Part shown: positions 8,750-16,621 of the stretch, piece after piece
How positions within the stretch are numbered: the first letter of the stretch is position 1
Layout: the number at the start of each line of letters is the position of its first letter
Assembly: GCA_964533055.1 (NCBI GenBank)
Contig: CAZHKZ010000001.1
Location: 48,417-108,669 of the forward strand
Origin: an uncultured Gammaproteobacteria bacterium
GTDB taxonomy: Bacteria > Patescibacteriota > Microgenomatia > Levybacterales > UBA12049
DNA length: 60,253 bases
Reading direction: 5' to 3'
The notes under the pieces: generated by a model
Database searches by the model: none
What the model saw: only the letters and a program-made list of their open reading frames with translations
Told to the model about the DNA's origin: nothing
Translations under genes and position numbers: made by a program

Positions 8750-9607
8750 TTAGATGGAAGTGGTGAGGTTGGTAGCCACAAAGCGAGGATTGATATGGAC
8801 TGCTCCGTCAGTTTGGCTGAGATATTCTTTGTATGCAGCAAAAGATGGGGGTTGAAGATCCTTAATTGCTTGGAGAAAATGCTCTGACCATCGTGGGTCA
8901 TTTGACTGCTGCGCCCTGAGTTCGATATTGGCATTAAGTCTTCTCTGTTCTTTTTCTAAGCGATTTTGTGGATTGTGGCCCATTTTCATTCCGATTCTTG
9001 TAGTTTGGGGGACTATCCCCCAATTCTTGAAGCAGTCAGCAAAACTATTTCGGAGCATGCCCCTATTTTCATTACTATCATCTCCCCAGAACAGTCTCAG
9101 AGAGCCTGGATTAAGAGCAAGCTGCTCAACTGCAGCACGTCGATACTGATGCGCTAGTTCGATATTTCCAGCCATGTACTCATCTGGGGTGAAGAGTAGT
9201 TGCGTCATAATATACATAAAATTATCTACCAGTCTTGGATTCTCAGGTGAGATCCCGTAGACATTAAATATGTCAATTTTAGGCTGGGCATCCCCGCTAG
9301 CATCCTGAGCATGTGAAAATTTATCATCCTTCGTTGTAAACTCCATAGGTCTAATTATCATAAAGTCGTAGTCAGAAGTATCATCAACTATTTGTTGTGA
9401 ACTACCTTTGAGAACACCTACATACTCAGATTCATCTATGCCAAATTTTTCTAAGAATGGTGGGAGAGCAGTGAGCGCTGCTTTGCGGTGTGCGACTGTG
9501 GCATCATCAAGAAGTGGATGTTCCCAGAGTGCTGTGACGACTCTTTCGACTTGCTCTTTTGGGGAGGGTGATTCTTTAGGGCTTGAGAACTCTGTCCTAT
9601 GGTGGTG
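8750..9607 (-). CDS. hypothetical protein with possible nucleotidyltransferase-fold N-terminus; start unresolved
   Basis: VGVLKGSSQQIVDDTSDYDFMII resembles the hG[GS]...D-x-D NTase motif. Between tRNA-Leu and this motif there is no in-frame ATG, GTG or TTG. The first ATG is at 9361, after the motif. Confidence 0.5.
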   Translation of the reverse strand, partial: HHHRTEFSSPKESPSPKEQVERVVTALWEHPLLDDATVAHRKAALTALPPFLEKFGIDESEYVGVLKGSSQQIVDDTSDYDFMIIRPMEFTTKDDKFSHAQDASGDAQPKIDIFNVYGISPENPRLVDNFMYIMTQLLFTPDEYMAGNIELAHQYRRAAVEQLALNPGSLRLFWGDDSNENRGMLRNSFADCFKNWGIVPQTTRIGMKMGHNPQNRLEKEQRRLNANIELRAQQSNDPRWSEHFLQAIKDLQPPSFAAYKEYLSQTDGAVHINPRFVATNLTTSI

Positions 9608-9690
9608 TGCGGGCGAGAGGACTTGAACCTCCAAGCTTTTAACGGCACTGGTTCCTAAAACCAGCGTGTCTACCATTTCACCACGCCCGC
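9608..9690 (-). tRNA. tRNA-Leu (anticodon UAG)
   Basis: GCGGGCG acceptor, CTGGT-TTTAGGA-ACCAG anticodon arm, long variable arm, GGTTCAAGTCC T-arm. Confidence 0.9.
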
Positions 9691-9757
9691 TCGTCAAATC
9701 TCGATCTACTCCTCTCTAATGGGAGAGATTTGAGATGTCAGGCTATTGTAGCCTAAA

Positions 9758-10312
9758 TTATATTGAAATGGAAAGCGTGCTATCTGACCAAGACGTTTGG
9801 AACTTCTCAAGATCGTTCATGAAGAAGGTCACGCGTTGTGCCCAAGTAGGACTTGAAGCATATGTTCGTCCAATACTATAAATGTCGCTAAGTCCCCACT
9901 TATTCATATACTTAGTTCGCAGTCCTTCAGAGATAGTACTAATAGCATCATCCCATGAAGCAAAGCCTAGTGAATTATCTCCATAAATACCCCATCCCCA
10001 TCCATTATATGAGTTCACCGGAATATGCTTACCAAAGCCAGATTCAAGGCCAGAGATTGACACGACAAGTCTCCAGTCAAGATCGTTCTTATCAGCTTCT
10101 TTAATGAATGTTTCGGCTGAGTCAGCAAGTGGCGAGTTCTTCTTGATAAGATAGTCTCGCAAAATTTTCGCACGATTATCGACATTGGAAATTTCAGGTG
10201 TCTGGATAAGAGCAGCAGATGATGCTGATACCTTGTGTGACGCCTGTGCTTTTGGTGCTGTAGTCATTACTGCAAGTGCAATAAGAGCATATGTGATTAA
10301 TGTTTTATTCAT
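9758..10312 (-). CDS. secreted peptidoglycan hydrolase-like protein (SLT/lysozyme-like), paralogue 1
   Basis: Signal peptide ending APKAQA. SISGLESGFG catalytic-Glu-type motif. Alignable with the 10549-11124 product (NGWGWGIYG versus NCWGFGVYG). Confidence 0.65.
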   Translation of the reverse strand: MNKTLITYALIALAVMTTAPKAQASHKVSASSAALIQTPEISNVDNRAKILRDYLIKKNSPLADSAETFIKEADKNDLDWRLVVSISGLESGFGKHIPVNSYNGWGWGIYGDNSLGFASWDDAISTISEGLRTKYMNKWGLSDIYSIGRTYASSPTWAQRVTFFMNDLEKFQTSWSDSTLSISI

Positions 10313-10334
10313 ATTTTTTTATGGGTTTTTCCCA

Positions 10335-10414
10335 CAAAAAAATCCTAATGGAAATTCCATTAGGATTACTTTTGTGTCCTGACGTCTGTGTTGGATAACA
10401 AACCTCAGGACCTG
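10335..10414 (-). ncRNA. short promoter-to-terminator transcript (sRNA or attenuating leader of the downstream hydrolase gene)
   Basis: Starts ~7 nt after the consensus promoter. Contains the GUCCUGA...UCAGGAC hairpin, then ATCCTAATGGAATTTCCATTAGGAT plus TTTTTTT. No plausible ORF. Confidence 0.45.
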
Positions 10415-10420
10415 TTGAGT

Positions 10421-10449
10421 AGTATAGCAATGTACTATAGGTTTGTCAA
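10421..10449 (-). promoter_or_regulatory. sigma70-type promoter
   Basis: Minus strand TTGACA-17 nt-TATACT. Confidence 0.7.
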
Positions 10450-10548
10450 GAGCTGGAGAGAGAAATGTAAGAAAAAAGACTTAGCCTCAAAGCGAGCCTA
10501 AGTACGAAAAAAGAACGAACAAAAAAGATGAACACTAGAGGTCTAAAT

Positions 10549-11124
10549 TTACTCTAAAGAGGCCATAAAATGATTGACGCTGAACGCCCAAGACCCATTG
10601 CTTGAAGGTGTATACATTTGCTGAATCTCATCGGGTGTCACAAGACCGTGTTTGTCTCGATACTTTATTGCCAGAGTTTTTGAAATTGTCTCGATAGCCT
10701 CAGGGTAGCTTTCAAATGTCTTGTACTTTGTCCCATAAACGCCAAATCCCCAGCAGTTGTTGGACCCTTCCCTATTTTTTGTACAGAGGTTTGACTCCTG
10801 CATAGCAATCGCTGGAAGGAGGCGGAAATCGAGATCGTAGGTATCTGCCCATTTAACGAAGTCCTGAGCGTAAGGTTCAAGAGGTGATTTGTACTTTGTA
10901 AAGAATTGGCGAAGGAGCTCAGTTCGAGAGTCAGCAATTTTGATCTCCTCAGTAAAGAGGCTTTCAGATGCTGGGAGTGCAGCAAATGCCACTTTGGGAC
11001 TCTGCACTGTTCCACGACCAGCTAATTGAGCATGATATGTCACAGAAAGGAACATCACTAGTGCGCTGACAAAGAGCACAGGGGTAAGGCCGAAGAAGAT
11101 GGTGAGCAGCAGGAACTTCCTCAT
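10549..11124 (-). CDS. membrane-anchored peptidoglycan hydrolase-like protein (SLT-like), paralogue 2
   Basis: N-terminal TM segment. AIAMQESN lytic-transglycosylase-type motif. Confidence 0.7.
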   Translation of the reverse strand: MRKFLLLTIFFGLTPVLFVSALVMFLSVTYHAQLAGRGTVQSPKVAFAALPASESLFTEEIKIADSRTELLRQFFTKYKSPLEPYAQDFVKWADTYDLDFRLLPAIAMQESNLCTKNREGSNNCWGFGVYGTKYKTFESYPEAIETISKTLAIKYRDKHGLVTPDEIQQMYTPSSNGSWAFSVNHFMASLE

Positions 11125-11216
11125 TGAGTACTATTCATACTGTCAAATTGAAGTAATTGTGTCAACCTTATCCAAATCTATCGAAGTGGTGTTTTTTATA
11201 ATTATTAGGATCCAAT

Positions 11217-11657
11217 TTATTTGAACTTCGAGAAGTAAAATTCAACTGCTTTATAGTCTCCACCCCATGATTTTAGGTCGGGCAGCTCCGCTTCAGTGAT
11301 CCATTTGAACTTCGTATGCTCGATGCTAAGAGCTACATCGCCATCGCTTAAGTCACATTCAAAGCCGACGCGATAGATGTTGCCATCTGTTCGTGAGTCA
11401 CGAACTGCTCCCTCAACCTTCTCTATCGGATAATGAAATCTCCAAGTATAGAATGCGTTTCCAACACTAATTTCAAGGCCGGTCTCCTCTCTAACTTCTC
11501 TTTGAAGTGATGACTTTAGGTCCTCCTCATCTGACTGGACTTTACCTCCTGGCAGATCAAGTCCTGATACAGGATCTAATAAAACAAGGAGCTGATTTTG
11601 GGAGTTTCGAATGAAGGCTTTTTGTCCGACGAAGAAGACTTGGTCTTTGGTATTCAT
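11217..11657 (-). CDS. NUDIX hydrolase
   Basis: Nudix box GGKVQSDEEDLKSSLQREVREETGL. Confidence 0.85.
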   Translation of the reverse strand: MNTKDQVFFVGQKAFIRNSQNQLLVLLDPVSGLDLPGGKVQSDEEDLKSSLQREVREETGLEISVGNAFYTWRFHYPIEKVEGAVRDSRTDGNIYRVGFECDLSDGDVALSIEHTKFKWITEAELPDLKSWGGDYKAVEFYFSKFK

Positions 11658-11675
11658 GGTATAGCTATGTAGTTG

Positions 11676-11749
11676 TGGGCGATGAGGGATTCGAACCCCC
11701 GACCCTCTCAGTGTAAATGAGATGCTCTAACCAGCTGAGCTAATCGCCC
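11676..11749 (-). tRNA. tRNA-Val (anticodon UAC)
   Basis: GGGCGAT acceptor, TCTCA-TTTACAC-TGAGA anticodon arm, GGTTCGAATCC T-arm. Confidence 0.9.
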
Positions 11750-11765
11750 TAATTTTCTACCTGGG

Positions 11766-11848
11766 TGCGGATGAGAGGAGTTGAACCTCCACACCCTTGC
11801 GGGCACTACCACCTCAAGGTAGCGTGTATACCATTTCACCACATCCGC
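11766..11848 (-). tRNA. tRNA-Leu (anticodon GAG)
   Basis: GCGGATG acceptor, CTACC-TTGAGGT-GGTAG anticodon arm, long variable arm. Confidence 0.9.
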
Positions 11849-11891
11849 GTGAAAATGAATTATAGCATTCTTTGCTCTATCTGAGAAGGAG

Positions 11892-11974
11892 TGCCGCGAG
11901 GGAGACTTGAACTCCCATAATCTTACGATCACTGGCACCTGAAGCCAGCGTGTCTACCATTTCACCATCGCGGC
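11892..11974 (-). tRNA. tRNA-Leu (anticodon CAG)
   Basis: GCCGCGA acceptor, CTGGC-TTCAGGT-GCCAG anticodon arm, long variable arm. Confidence 0.9.
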
Positions 11975-12028
11975 AAATGTCTTGGATATTATAGGAGATT
12001 GAGCTGTGGATTAAAAGGATAAACGAAG

Positions 12029-12271
12029 TTAATTTTCTAGGGATTCTTTGATGCGCTTTACTGCCTTGCTTGCCATTTTTTGTCCGATCTCAAGTGCTAC
12101 ATCTGCAGGATCATTTGTGAATCTATTTATCTGCTCATCGACAGTCTTGTGAAGATCCGTGACAGTTTTTTTAATTGTAAGTATTGCAATTCCGATAACG
12201 ATAAGGATGATAAGCCCAACGACCATGTAGGTAATTCCCAAGATGTAGAAGATAATTTGAAGAGTTTCCAT
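12029..12271 (-). CDS. small single-TM membrane protein (80 aa)
   Basis: N-terminal hydrophobic helix IIFYILGITYMVVGLIILIVIGIAIL. Confidence 0.55.
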   Translation of the reverse strand: METLQIIFYILGITYMVVGLIILIVIGIAILTIKKTVTDLHKTVDEQINRFTNDPADVALEIGQKMASKAVKRIKESLEN

Positions 12272-12330
12272 AGATCTATTATTGAGGAATTGCGGTCAGT
12301 TTGCAAATGAGGATAAGCGGTCGAATTTTG

Positions 12331-12402
12331 AGCGGGGAACGGGAATCAAACCCGCGACCTCTTCCTTGGCAAGGAAGCGTTCTATCGCTGAACTACCCCC
12401 GC
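12331..12402 (-). tRNA. tRNA-Gly (anticodon GCC)
   Basis: GCGGGGG acceptor, CTTCC-TTGCCAA-GGAAG anticodon arm, GGTTTGATTCC T-arm. Confidence 0.9.
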
Positions 12403-12497
12403 TTATTACGCAAAAGTATAGCGTAATTACGCCTAAAAAACAATGAAACTTATTTTGAAAGGTAGAATTATCAAAAAAAGAGGGTTATACTTACGGT

Positions 12498-12962
12498 ATG
12501 GTAAAAAATGTTGATAAACAATCAGGTCTTGAGAAAGGTGCTCTGACACTGACTCGATATCTCGGAACACCGCTCTCACTGATAGTCCATTCCATCTTTT
12601 TTGTGGGGATTTTTGGTCTACTCATTTTTGGCGTACCACTGGACGATGTTATGCTTCTGCTTACAACTGCAGTCTCGCTTGAGGCTATTTATCTTTCACT
12701 TTTCATCCAGATGAGCGTAAACAAAGCTTCAGCCGACATCGACGAGATTCAAGAAGACGTTGAAGACATTGAGGAGGACATCGATGAGATTCAAGAAGAC
12801 GTTGAAGAGATGGGAGAAGATGTTGAGGATATCCAGACTGCTCAAAATGAAGAAGAACAAGATTCAAATACAGATACATTAGAAGGAATTGAGGAAAATA
12901 TGACAAAAATTATTAAAGAAATTGAATCTCTTAAGAATGACCTCCACCACTTAAAAAAGTAA
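12498..12962 (+). CDS. DUF1003-like membrane protein with an acidic coiled-coil tail
   Basis: Two TM helices plus LLLTTAVSLEAIYLSLFIQMSVNK, similar to the DUF1003 core. Acidic repeat DIDEIQEDVEDIEE. TATACT lies 6 nt before the ATG. Confidence 0.7.
   Translation: MVKNVDKQSGLEKGALTLTRYLGTPLSLIVHSIFFVGIFGLLIFGVPLDDVMLLLTTAVSLEAIYLSLFIQMSVNKASADIDEIQEDVEDIEEDIDEIQEDVEEMGEDVEDIQTAQNEEEQDSNTDTLEGIEENMTKIIKEIESLKNDLHHLKK
12735..12818 (+). repeat. in-frame 42-nt tandem duplication (2 copies) inside the acidic tail
   Basis: GACATCGACGAGATTCAAGAAGACGTTGAAGACATTGAGGAG versus GACATCGATGAGATTCAAGAAGACGTTGAAGAGATGGGAGAA. Confidence 0.85.
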
Positions 12963-13050
12963 TTCAGCGCTAGAATAGCAAATAGAGTAACAATTTTGTA
13001 TAATGCTGAGTACGCTGAAGTATAGCGTAAGCAGTGAGTATATCGAATCT

Positions 13051-13123
13051 GCTGAGGTAGCCAAGGTGGTCAAGGCACCTGTCTGAAGAACAGGCCATGT
13101 CAGTTCGACTCTGACCCTCAGCA
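13051..13123 (+). tRNA. tRNA-Phe (anticodon GAA)
   Basis: GCTGAGG acceptor, CCTGT-CTGAAGA-ACAGG anticodon arm, GTCAG-TTCGACT-CTGAC T-arm, discriminator A. Upstream TGTATAAT box at ~12996-13003. Confidence 0.8.
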
Positions 13124-13146
13124 CACTTCCCCGATAACTCCCCTGC

Positions 13147-14277
13147 TCACTTCATCAGAAGATTCAGATAAATAGTGTAAGTCTTGTTCATTGTATTCTC
13201 CCAGGTGTAGTGCTCGATCGTCTTTTTACCTTGTAAAAGTCTTGTTTTTGAAATTCCTTTATCCGCTTTGATCATGCCATTTACAATGCTTTGAGTATTA
13301 TTTGGATCAATATAGACTGGAGTCTCTTTGTGAAGTGACTTTATAGTTGGAAGTTGACTGGTGACGATAGGTATTTGGGACGCTACAGTCTCAGCGACTG
13401 GTAGCCCAAAACCTTCTGCAAATGTAGGATACACAACAAATTTTGCATTTCTCACTATTTTCGGCAAGTCTAAATGGTGTAGCCATCCAGGGAATAAGAC
13501 CATTTTTTGCAAGCCCAATTGAGTAGCTATCCTCTTGCAGTTCTGGACTTGTGCTTTATCTCCTCCAGTAATCACCAGATGGGTCTTGCTGCTCTTAGAA
13601 GCTGAGAAGAGGGCGAATGCCCTGAGTAGTCCATCGATATTTTTCCTCTTATGAATTCCCCCGAAGTTCAGGATGTATGGCGTAGATATTGAATATTTTG
13701 CCAGAATCTTTTGATCACCTTCTTTCTTTGTGTCAAAGTAAGTTCTGTCAACTCCCATTGGTATTACAGATGATTTTTGAGAGTTATATGTGAAGAATTC
13801 ACTCAGATCATCCAAAATGACTTTTGAAGTTACAATTACTGCGTTACTTTTGTAAAGTGATATTTTTATTCCAAATACGTAAAGGATCTTTGCAAGATAT
13901 GGTAATTTTGACTGATCAAAATAGCCTTTATCACTGAGAGGAATGATGTCGTGAATAGTGAGAATTGTTGGGAGGTCTAGGAAAAAGGGTATGCCAGAGT
14001 TAGCGCTTGCATGGTAAATATCCAGGTTAAGTTTTCTCAAGAGGAGTGGGAGTTGAATTTGTTCCCAGAATATCCAATGGAATTTTTTTGGAAGAACGAC
14101 ATACTCTGTGTCTTTATATCGTATTGCTATTTTTTTAGTAGAAATAACGACAGGGATATCGCCACTTGCAAGTATACCCTGAATTAATTCATGGACATAT
14201 CTATTGATGCCCCCGCCCCCGCCCTCTGCATATCGTCCATCAACCCCAATTCTTAATCGTTTATGTATCTTTTTCAT
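13147..14277 (-). CDS. glycosyltransferase family 4 (GT-B)
   Basis: C-terminal EGFGLPVAE GT4/GT1 signature. 376 aa. Confidence 0.85.
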   Translation of the reverse strand: MKKIHKRLRIGVDGRYAEGGGGGINRYVHELIQGILASGDIPVVISTKKIAIRYKDTEYVVLPKKFHWIFWEQIQLPLLLRKLNLDIYHASANSGIPFFLDLPTILTIHDIIPLSDKGYFDQSKLPYLAKILYVFGIKISLYKSNAVIVTSKVILDDLSEFFTYNSQKSSVIPMGVDRTYFDTKKEGDQKILAKYSISTPYILNFGGIHKRKNIDGLLRAFALFSASKSSKTHLVITGGDKAQVQNCKRIATQLGLQKMVLFPGWLHHLDLPKIVRNAKFVVYPTFAEGFGLPVAETVASQIPIVTSQLPTIKSLHKETPVYIDPNNTQSIVNGMIKADKGISKTRLLQGKKTIEHYTWENTMNKTYTIYLNLLMK

Positions 14278-14354
14278 AGTTGTTTGGATCTGTTGGGTAT
14301 TATAGCAATTAGATGATATACACCAAGTGATATGTTGATATTTAGTCCTATAGC

Positions 14355-14383
14355 TTGTATTTTACCTATAAAATTGATATACT
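14355..14383 (+). promoter_or_regulatory. promoter of the unclassified ncRNA
   Basis: TTGTAT-17 nt-TATACT with an upstream TG (TGATATACT). Confidence 0.55.
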
Positions 14384-14390
14384 TTCCTAG

Positions 14391-14672
14391 TTCGCCATTG
14401 GGGCAAAGCTGCTCCAGTACGTGGCTAACAAGTGTTTCGTTCAAATCGCTTTAGGAAAGGCAAACGCCATGGAGTAGTTCGTTTGAACACAATCGAATAG
14501 TTCAATCGCGGCGCGGAGCCGCAGATGGCTTTACGGCAGACGCCTTGAAGCAAGAGCTTTTAGCCTAAGAGAAGGCCCCAGTGGGTTTTTGGGACAACCC
14601 CAGAGGGCGAGTGGCGGCATCGCTTTTTTTACACCAGCCCCTCCCATATTTTTTGGGAGGGGCACTTTTTTT
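14391..14672 (+). ncRNA. unclassified structured RNA (~190-nt core plus terminator tail)
   Basis: No credible ORF. 10-bp closing helix CCATTGGGGC (14396-14405) / GCCCCAGTGG (14575-14584). Nested helices AAAGCT/AGCTTT, AAGGC/GCCTT and GCCAT/ATGGC. Two internal hairpins. Ends in GCCCCTCCC-ATATTTTTT-GGGAGGGGC plus a U-run (14637-14672). Confidence 0.55.
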
Positions 14673-14714
14673 AATCTTGTATCTCCCCTCCCCCTCTTCT
14701 ATAATCACTCCAAT

Positions 14715-16169
14715 ATGAGTCTTCGGAAAGTGCTCCTTTATTTTCTTTATTCGCTTCCATTTGTTTTTGTATTTATCGGCGCGCTTTTTCAGCCTAATGA
14801 TCCTGATCTTGGCTGGCACCTGAAGTATGGCCAATATTTCTTTGATCATTTCTCGATCTTGCGCGCAAATACATTTGTGACAGATATGCCAGGGTATCAG
14901 TGGGTAAATTTATCGTGGGGAACTGATCTTATTACCTACCTTATTTTTAAATCTGGTGGATTTTTAGCGCTCACACTTGCAAGTTCAGTAGTTATCACTG
15001 CGACATTCTATTTTTTTGCCAAAGCATGGAAGTTGGATTTTTTTGAGAAAGTTCTTATTTTCCCATTTCTCATCTACCTTCAAGATAGTCTAATAAGCGT
15101 TTCATTCCGGGGACAGCTCTTAAGCATTCTATTTCTCTCAATTTTAGTTTTTATTCTCAAAAGATATGAAGATGGGTCAAAAAAATTGCTATATAGTATC
15201 CCTCCCCTCTTTCTTCTCTGGGCCAATATTCATGGGCAATTCAGTATAGGTTTGGGAATTCTTGCAATTTGGCTCGTCTCAGAGATGGTTCAAAAATTTA
15301 TTAATAAAAAAGAGAAGAAGGAGTTTGTTCAGGCAATGAAGATGCCAGGAGTTGTGCTTATCGCTTCAATTCTTGCAACGCTACTTAATCCATTTGGTAT
15401 CGGGATCTATCTTGAGTCGCTCAAGTATATCGGTAATCCACTACTCTATGCGATCACAGAGTATCTACCTGCACCAGTACTTTCATCGGTCTGGTGGAAT
15501 CAAATTCTAGTTGGATTTTCACTTCTTGGAGGATTCCTCATTTTTCTTATCGATGGAAGCTGGAAGAAAAGAATATCTGATATTAGTTTTGTAGGGGTTC
15601 TCTATATAGCCTCATTGATGGTCAAGAGATACTCATGGTCGATGTACTACTTCATAATCCCCTTTCTCAAGCCAATCGCATCATTCATCAAGCCTGATAA
15701 AAAATCGCAGACAAATATCTTCGGAGGTATAGTCATCGCACTTGCGATCATATATGTTGTCATTCTCAAAGTGCCTTTTTCACAGTATACAAATATGTCG
15801 TGGGATATTTTTTGTCGTGATTACTACGCATGTTCTGCAAAAGGAGTAAATGTACTCCAGGGCATGGATACTGGTAGGCTTATGAATCTCTATGCCTGGG
15901 GCGGTTGGTTGGTCTGGGAGCATCCAAACATAAAGACGAGTATAGATGGAAGAATGCATTTATGGAAAGATGAAAAAGGATATTCAGCATATGCAGAGTA
16001 TTATGACTATGAGCAAGACGTAAATAGTGTCGATGATTCGACGTATCAGACCGTCTATATGTCCAAAGATAAGCCTGTTTATAATCGTTTAAAATTGTTA
16101 GTTCAAGAGAAAAAGTGGAAGCAAATTTTCGAAGATGACCTCAGCGGAATATTCGTGAGGCTTAGGTAG
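14715..16169 (+). CDS. polytopic membrane protein, probable GT-C-fold glycosyltransferase
   Basis: More than 10 predicted TM helices and a first-loop DPDLGWHLKYG motif. Start trimmed to the ATG at 14715; upstream ORF residues overlap the ncRNA terminators. Confidence 0.7.
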   Translation: MSLRKVLLYFLYSLPFVFVFIGALFQPNDPDLGWHLKYGQYFFDHFSILRANTFVTDMPGYQWVNLSWGTDLITYLIFKSGGFLALTLASSVVITATFYFFAKAWKLDFFEKVLIFPFLIYLQDSLISVSFRGQLLSILFLSILVFILKRYEDGSKKLLYSIPPLFLLWANIHGQFSIGLGILAIWLVSEMVQKFINKKEKKEFVQAMKMPGVVLIASILATLLNPFGIGIYLESLKYIGNPLLYAITEYLPAPVLSSVWWNQILVGFSLLGGFLIFLIDGSWKKRISDISFVGVLYIASLMVKRYSWSMYYFIIPFLKPIASFIKPDKKSQTNIFGGIVIALAIIYVVILKVPFSQYTNMSWDIFCRDYYACSAKGVNVLQGMDTGRLMNLYAWGGWLVWEHPNIKTSIDGRMHLWKDEKGYSAYAEYYDYEQDVNSVDDSTYQTVYMSKDKPVYNRLKLLVQEKKWKQIFEDDLSGIFVRLR

Positions 16170-16174
16170 TTGTC

Positions 16175-16240
16175 ATGCTGAACTCGTTTCAGCATCCCAT
16201 TGAGATCCTGAAATAAACCTGCCTGCCGGCAGACAGGTTT
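16175..16240. terminator. two hairpins between convergent genes (bidirectional terminator region)
   Basis: ATGCTGAA-CTCGT-TTCAGCAT and AAACCTGCCTGCCGGCAGACAGGTTT. Confidence 0.6.
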
Positions 16241-16255
16241 AGGATCACATCAGAG

Positions 16256-16531
16256 TCAATTCTTTCGCTTGCCCCATTGCCAGCGTGGTTCCTCGCCCTT
16301 TTTATAAGCGATGATCACAAAGACCATAGTAAGAATAGTTAGTGGAAGGATAAAAGCGATAGTGATGTCACCAGCTGAAGTGAAGGTATCTTTCTGAAAT
16401 GAGAGGAGGATAACGCAAGCGAGGTATCCGAATGTGATTGCCCAGCCCTGCCAAGTAGATGGGTGCCATCCCCAGCCATAGAGCTTTCGCTCAAACCAAA
16501 TATCTTTTTTTGCGACTTTTCGCTTCTTCAT
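16256..16531 (-). CDS. small membrane protein (91 aa)
   Basis: Two hydrophobic helices and basic termini. Confidence 0.6.
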   Translation of the reverse strand: MKKRKVAKKDIWFERKLYGWGWHPSTWQGWAITFGYLACVILLSFQKDTFTSAGDITIAFILPLTILTMVFVIIAYKKGEEPRWQWGKRKN

Positions 16532-16621
16532 AGAGATAGCATTTCAAATCAGAGACTTTGTGTCAAGAAATATTCCGCAATACACCTTTGAAGATTATTA
16601 GAATCATGTTTTAGATAGTAG

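Noticed and set aside
14391-14672. tmRNA or SRP RNA identity for the structured RNA.
   Set aside because: It has no tRNA-like T-arm (GGTTCGAATCC...CCA) or GGGGCUGAUUC-type 5' end. The only GCA-started frame is 5 codons long. No SRP helix-8 GGAA tetraloop or AGCAGC motif is present. The class is left open between a reduced RNase P RNA, a 6S-like RNA and a new family.
14589-14714. N-terminal extension of the membrane-protein ORF (MGQPQRASGG...), and the antisense ORF 14565-14849.
   Set aside because: The extension runs through two intrinsic terminator hairpins and U-tracts. A TATAAT box lies 9 nt before the internal ATG at 14715.
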